Source: Mustelus asterias (lineage: Eukaryota). Taken from it: a stretch of DNA of 64,000 bases. Below the pieces are notes generated by a model. That model made no database searches. It saw only the letters and a list, made by a program, of their open reading frames with translations, and was not told the DNA's origin. The DNA is taken from the NCBI RefSeq assembly GCF_964213995.1, contig NC_135817.1, positions 44,330,001 through 44,394,000 of the forward strand. The letters run 5' to 3'. Shown here in pieces: positions 62,910 to 64,000 of the stretch (the stretch's first letter is position 1; every line of letters starts with the position of its first letter). A program made the translations under genes and the position numbers.

Positions 62910-63745
62910 AACAACAAGAACAAAGAACAGTAGAGCACAGGCACAGGCCCTTCGGCCCTCCAAGCCTCCACCGATCACATTTACCTATCTAGACCAATCA
63001 CTTATATCCCTTTATTCCCCGTTTGTTCGTACATCTATCAAGATAAGTCTTAAATGTGGCTAACATAACTGCCTTAACCACCTCACTTGGCAGTGCATTC
63101 CAGGCTCCCACCGCCCTCTATGTAAAAAAACTTCCCCCGCACATCTCCACTGAACCTTTCCCCCCTTATCTTGAACTTGTGCCCCCCTTGTAATTGTCAT
63201 TTCTGCTCTGGGAAAAAGCTTCCAACAGTTCAAGTATTCCAGATTTTCCCAAAATGCTTTGCAGCTGTTAAAAGTGCACTTGAATGTATGATCACTGTTG
63301 TAAATTGCAGAATGCAGCAGCCAAATTGCGTACAGAAATATCCCCCAAACGCTAATGTAATAATGACTACATTATCTGTTTTAACAATATTGGTTCAGGG
63401 ATCAATATTGTCCAGGACAGTGTGGGTAACTTCCCTGATCTTCCCTCTGGTATCTCTTACATTCACCTGAGAGGGCAGATGTTTAGCATTTCATCTGCAA
63501 GACAGCAGTATTCGCTCATTACTGCCCTGGCAGTGTCAGTCTAGATTTTACAAACAAGTATCTGGAGTGCGGCTTAAACCCAGAACATTGGTGGAATTAT
63601 ACATGGACAGGATCTTATGGCCCCGTAAAAGTCAATGGACGTTTGAACAGCTCACTACATTTTATAGCTCTGGCCCTACGGGGCTTTAATATTCAGCCTC
63701 TTCTGACTCAGACATGAGAGTGCTACCACTGAGCCACAGCAGACA
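62910..63745 (-). mobile_element. CR1 3' end followed by an old SINE (same family as 9950-10385)
   Basis: ggcagtgcattccaggctcccaccgccctc (CR1 3' region); gagagtgctaccactgagccacagc (reverse complement of a SINE head). Confidence 0.65.
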
Positions 63746-63849
63746 GGGTAATCCACTGTAACTAATAAACCTCTGTATATTTTAGAGCAGAATACATCAC
63801 AGAATGTTGGTGAACAATTGATGTTTTACTATAATTTTCTATTTCACAG

Positions 63850-64000
63850 GAGAACTCCTGGACGTAGAGACACAAGAAAATATGACAGCAGTTTTAGGTG
63901 GAAATGTTACCTTCAACTGTACTACACATTTAGAAGATATTCTACAGGTCACCTGGCAAAAGATAAACGGTCAATCTGAGGACAATATTGCTACATTTAG
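63850..64000 (+). CDS. CD200: CD200/OX-2-like gene: IgV domain exon, window-truncated
   Basis: Acceptor ttttctatttcacag|; GELLDVETQENMTAVLGGNVTFNCTTHLEDILQVTWQKINGQSEDNIATF. B-strand Cys, VTWQK and (E/D)NxxTF match the CD200 V-domain pattern. Exact orthology within the CD200/nectin-like family is not established. Confidence 0.8.

Overview
AT-rich, repeat-dense vertebrate genomic DNA. The HE1-type V-SINEs, CR1 LINEs and Penelope family point to a shark (inference). Host genes: the 3' exons of a type I Ig-superfamily membrane protein (1-40, 4677-4757, 5726-5845 TM, 13255-13343 cytoplasmic with a YEKM motif) and the 5' exons of a same-strand CD200/OX-2-like gene (signal peptide 52728-52773, IgV exon from 63850). 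The ~39 kb between them is largely transposons. An ancient L2 LINE is spread over ~26.5-52.2 kb by nested insertions: a Penelope element, a near-complete chimeric Ty3/gypsy element (28315-33229), and a Rex1-like LINE containing a deleted epsilon-like ERV (ERV-A, 35694-51223). ERV-A itself contains a gypsy solo LTR, a SINE, a 1.5-kb palindromic Penelope insertion and a pol-less gag-gag-env ERV (ERV-B, 41980-49891, antisense). The CD200-like intron carries a decayed Ty1/copia element. Most unusual signals: (1) 13 tRNA T-loop/B-box hairpin motifs between the ERV-A splice donor and gag ATG; (2) a gypsy 'PBS' complementary to its own LTR rather than to a tRNA; (3) ERV-B with two divergent gag copies, no recognisable pol and a nearly intact env homologous to ERV-A env; (4) minimal hammerhead ribozymes with covarying stems in fold-back Penelope copies. 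All calls come from reading the sequence by eye; no database searches were run.
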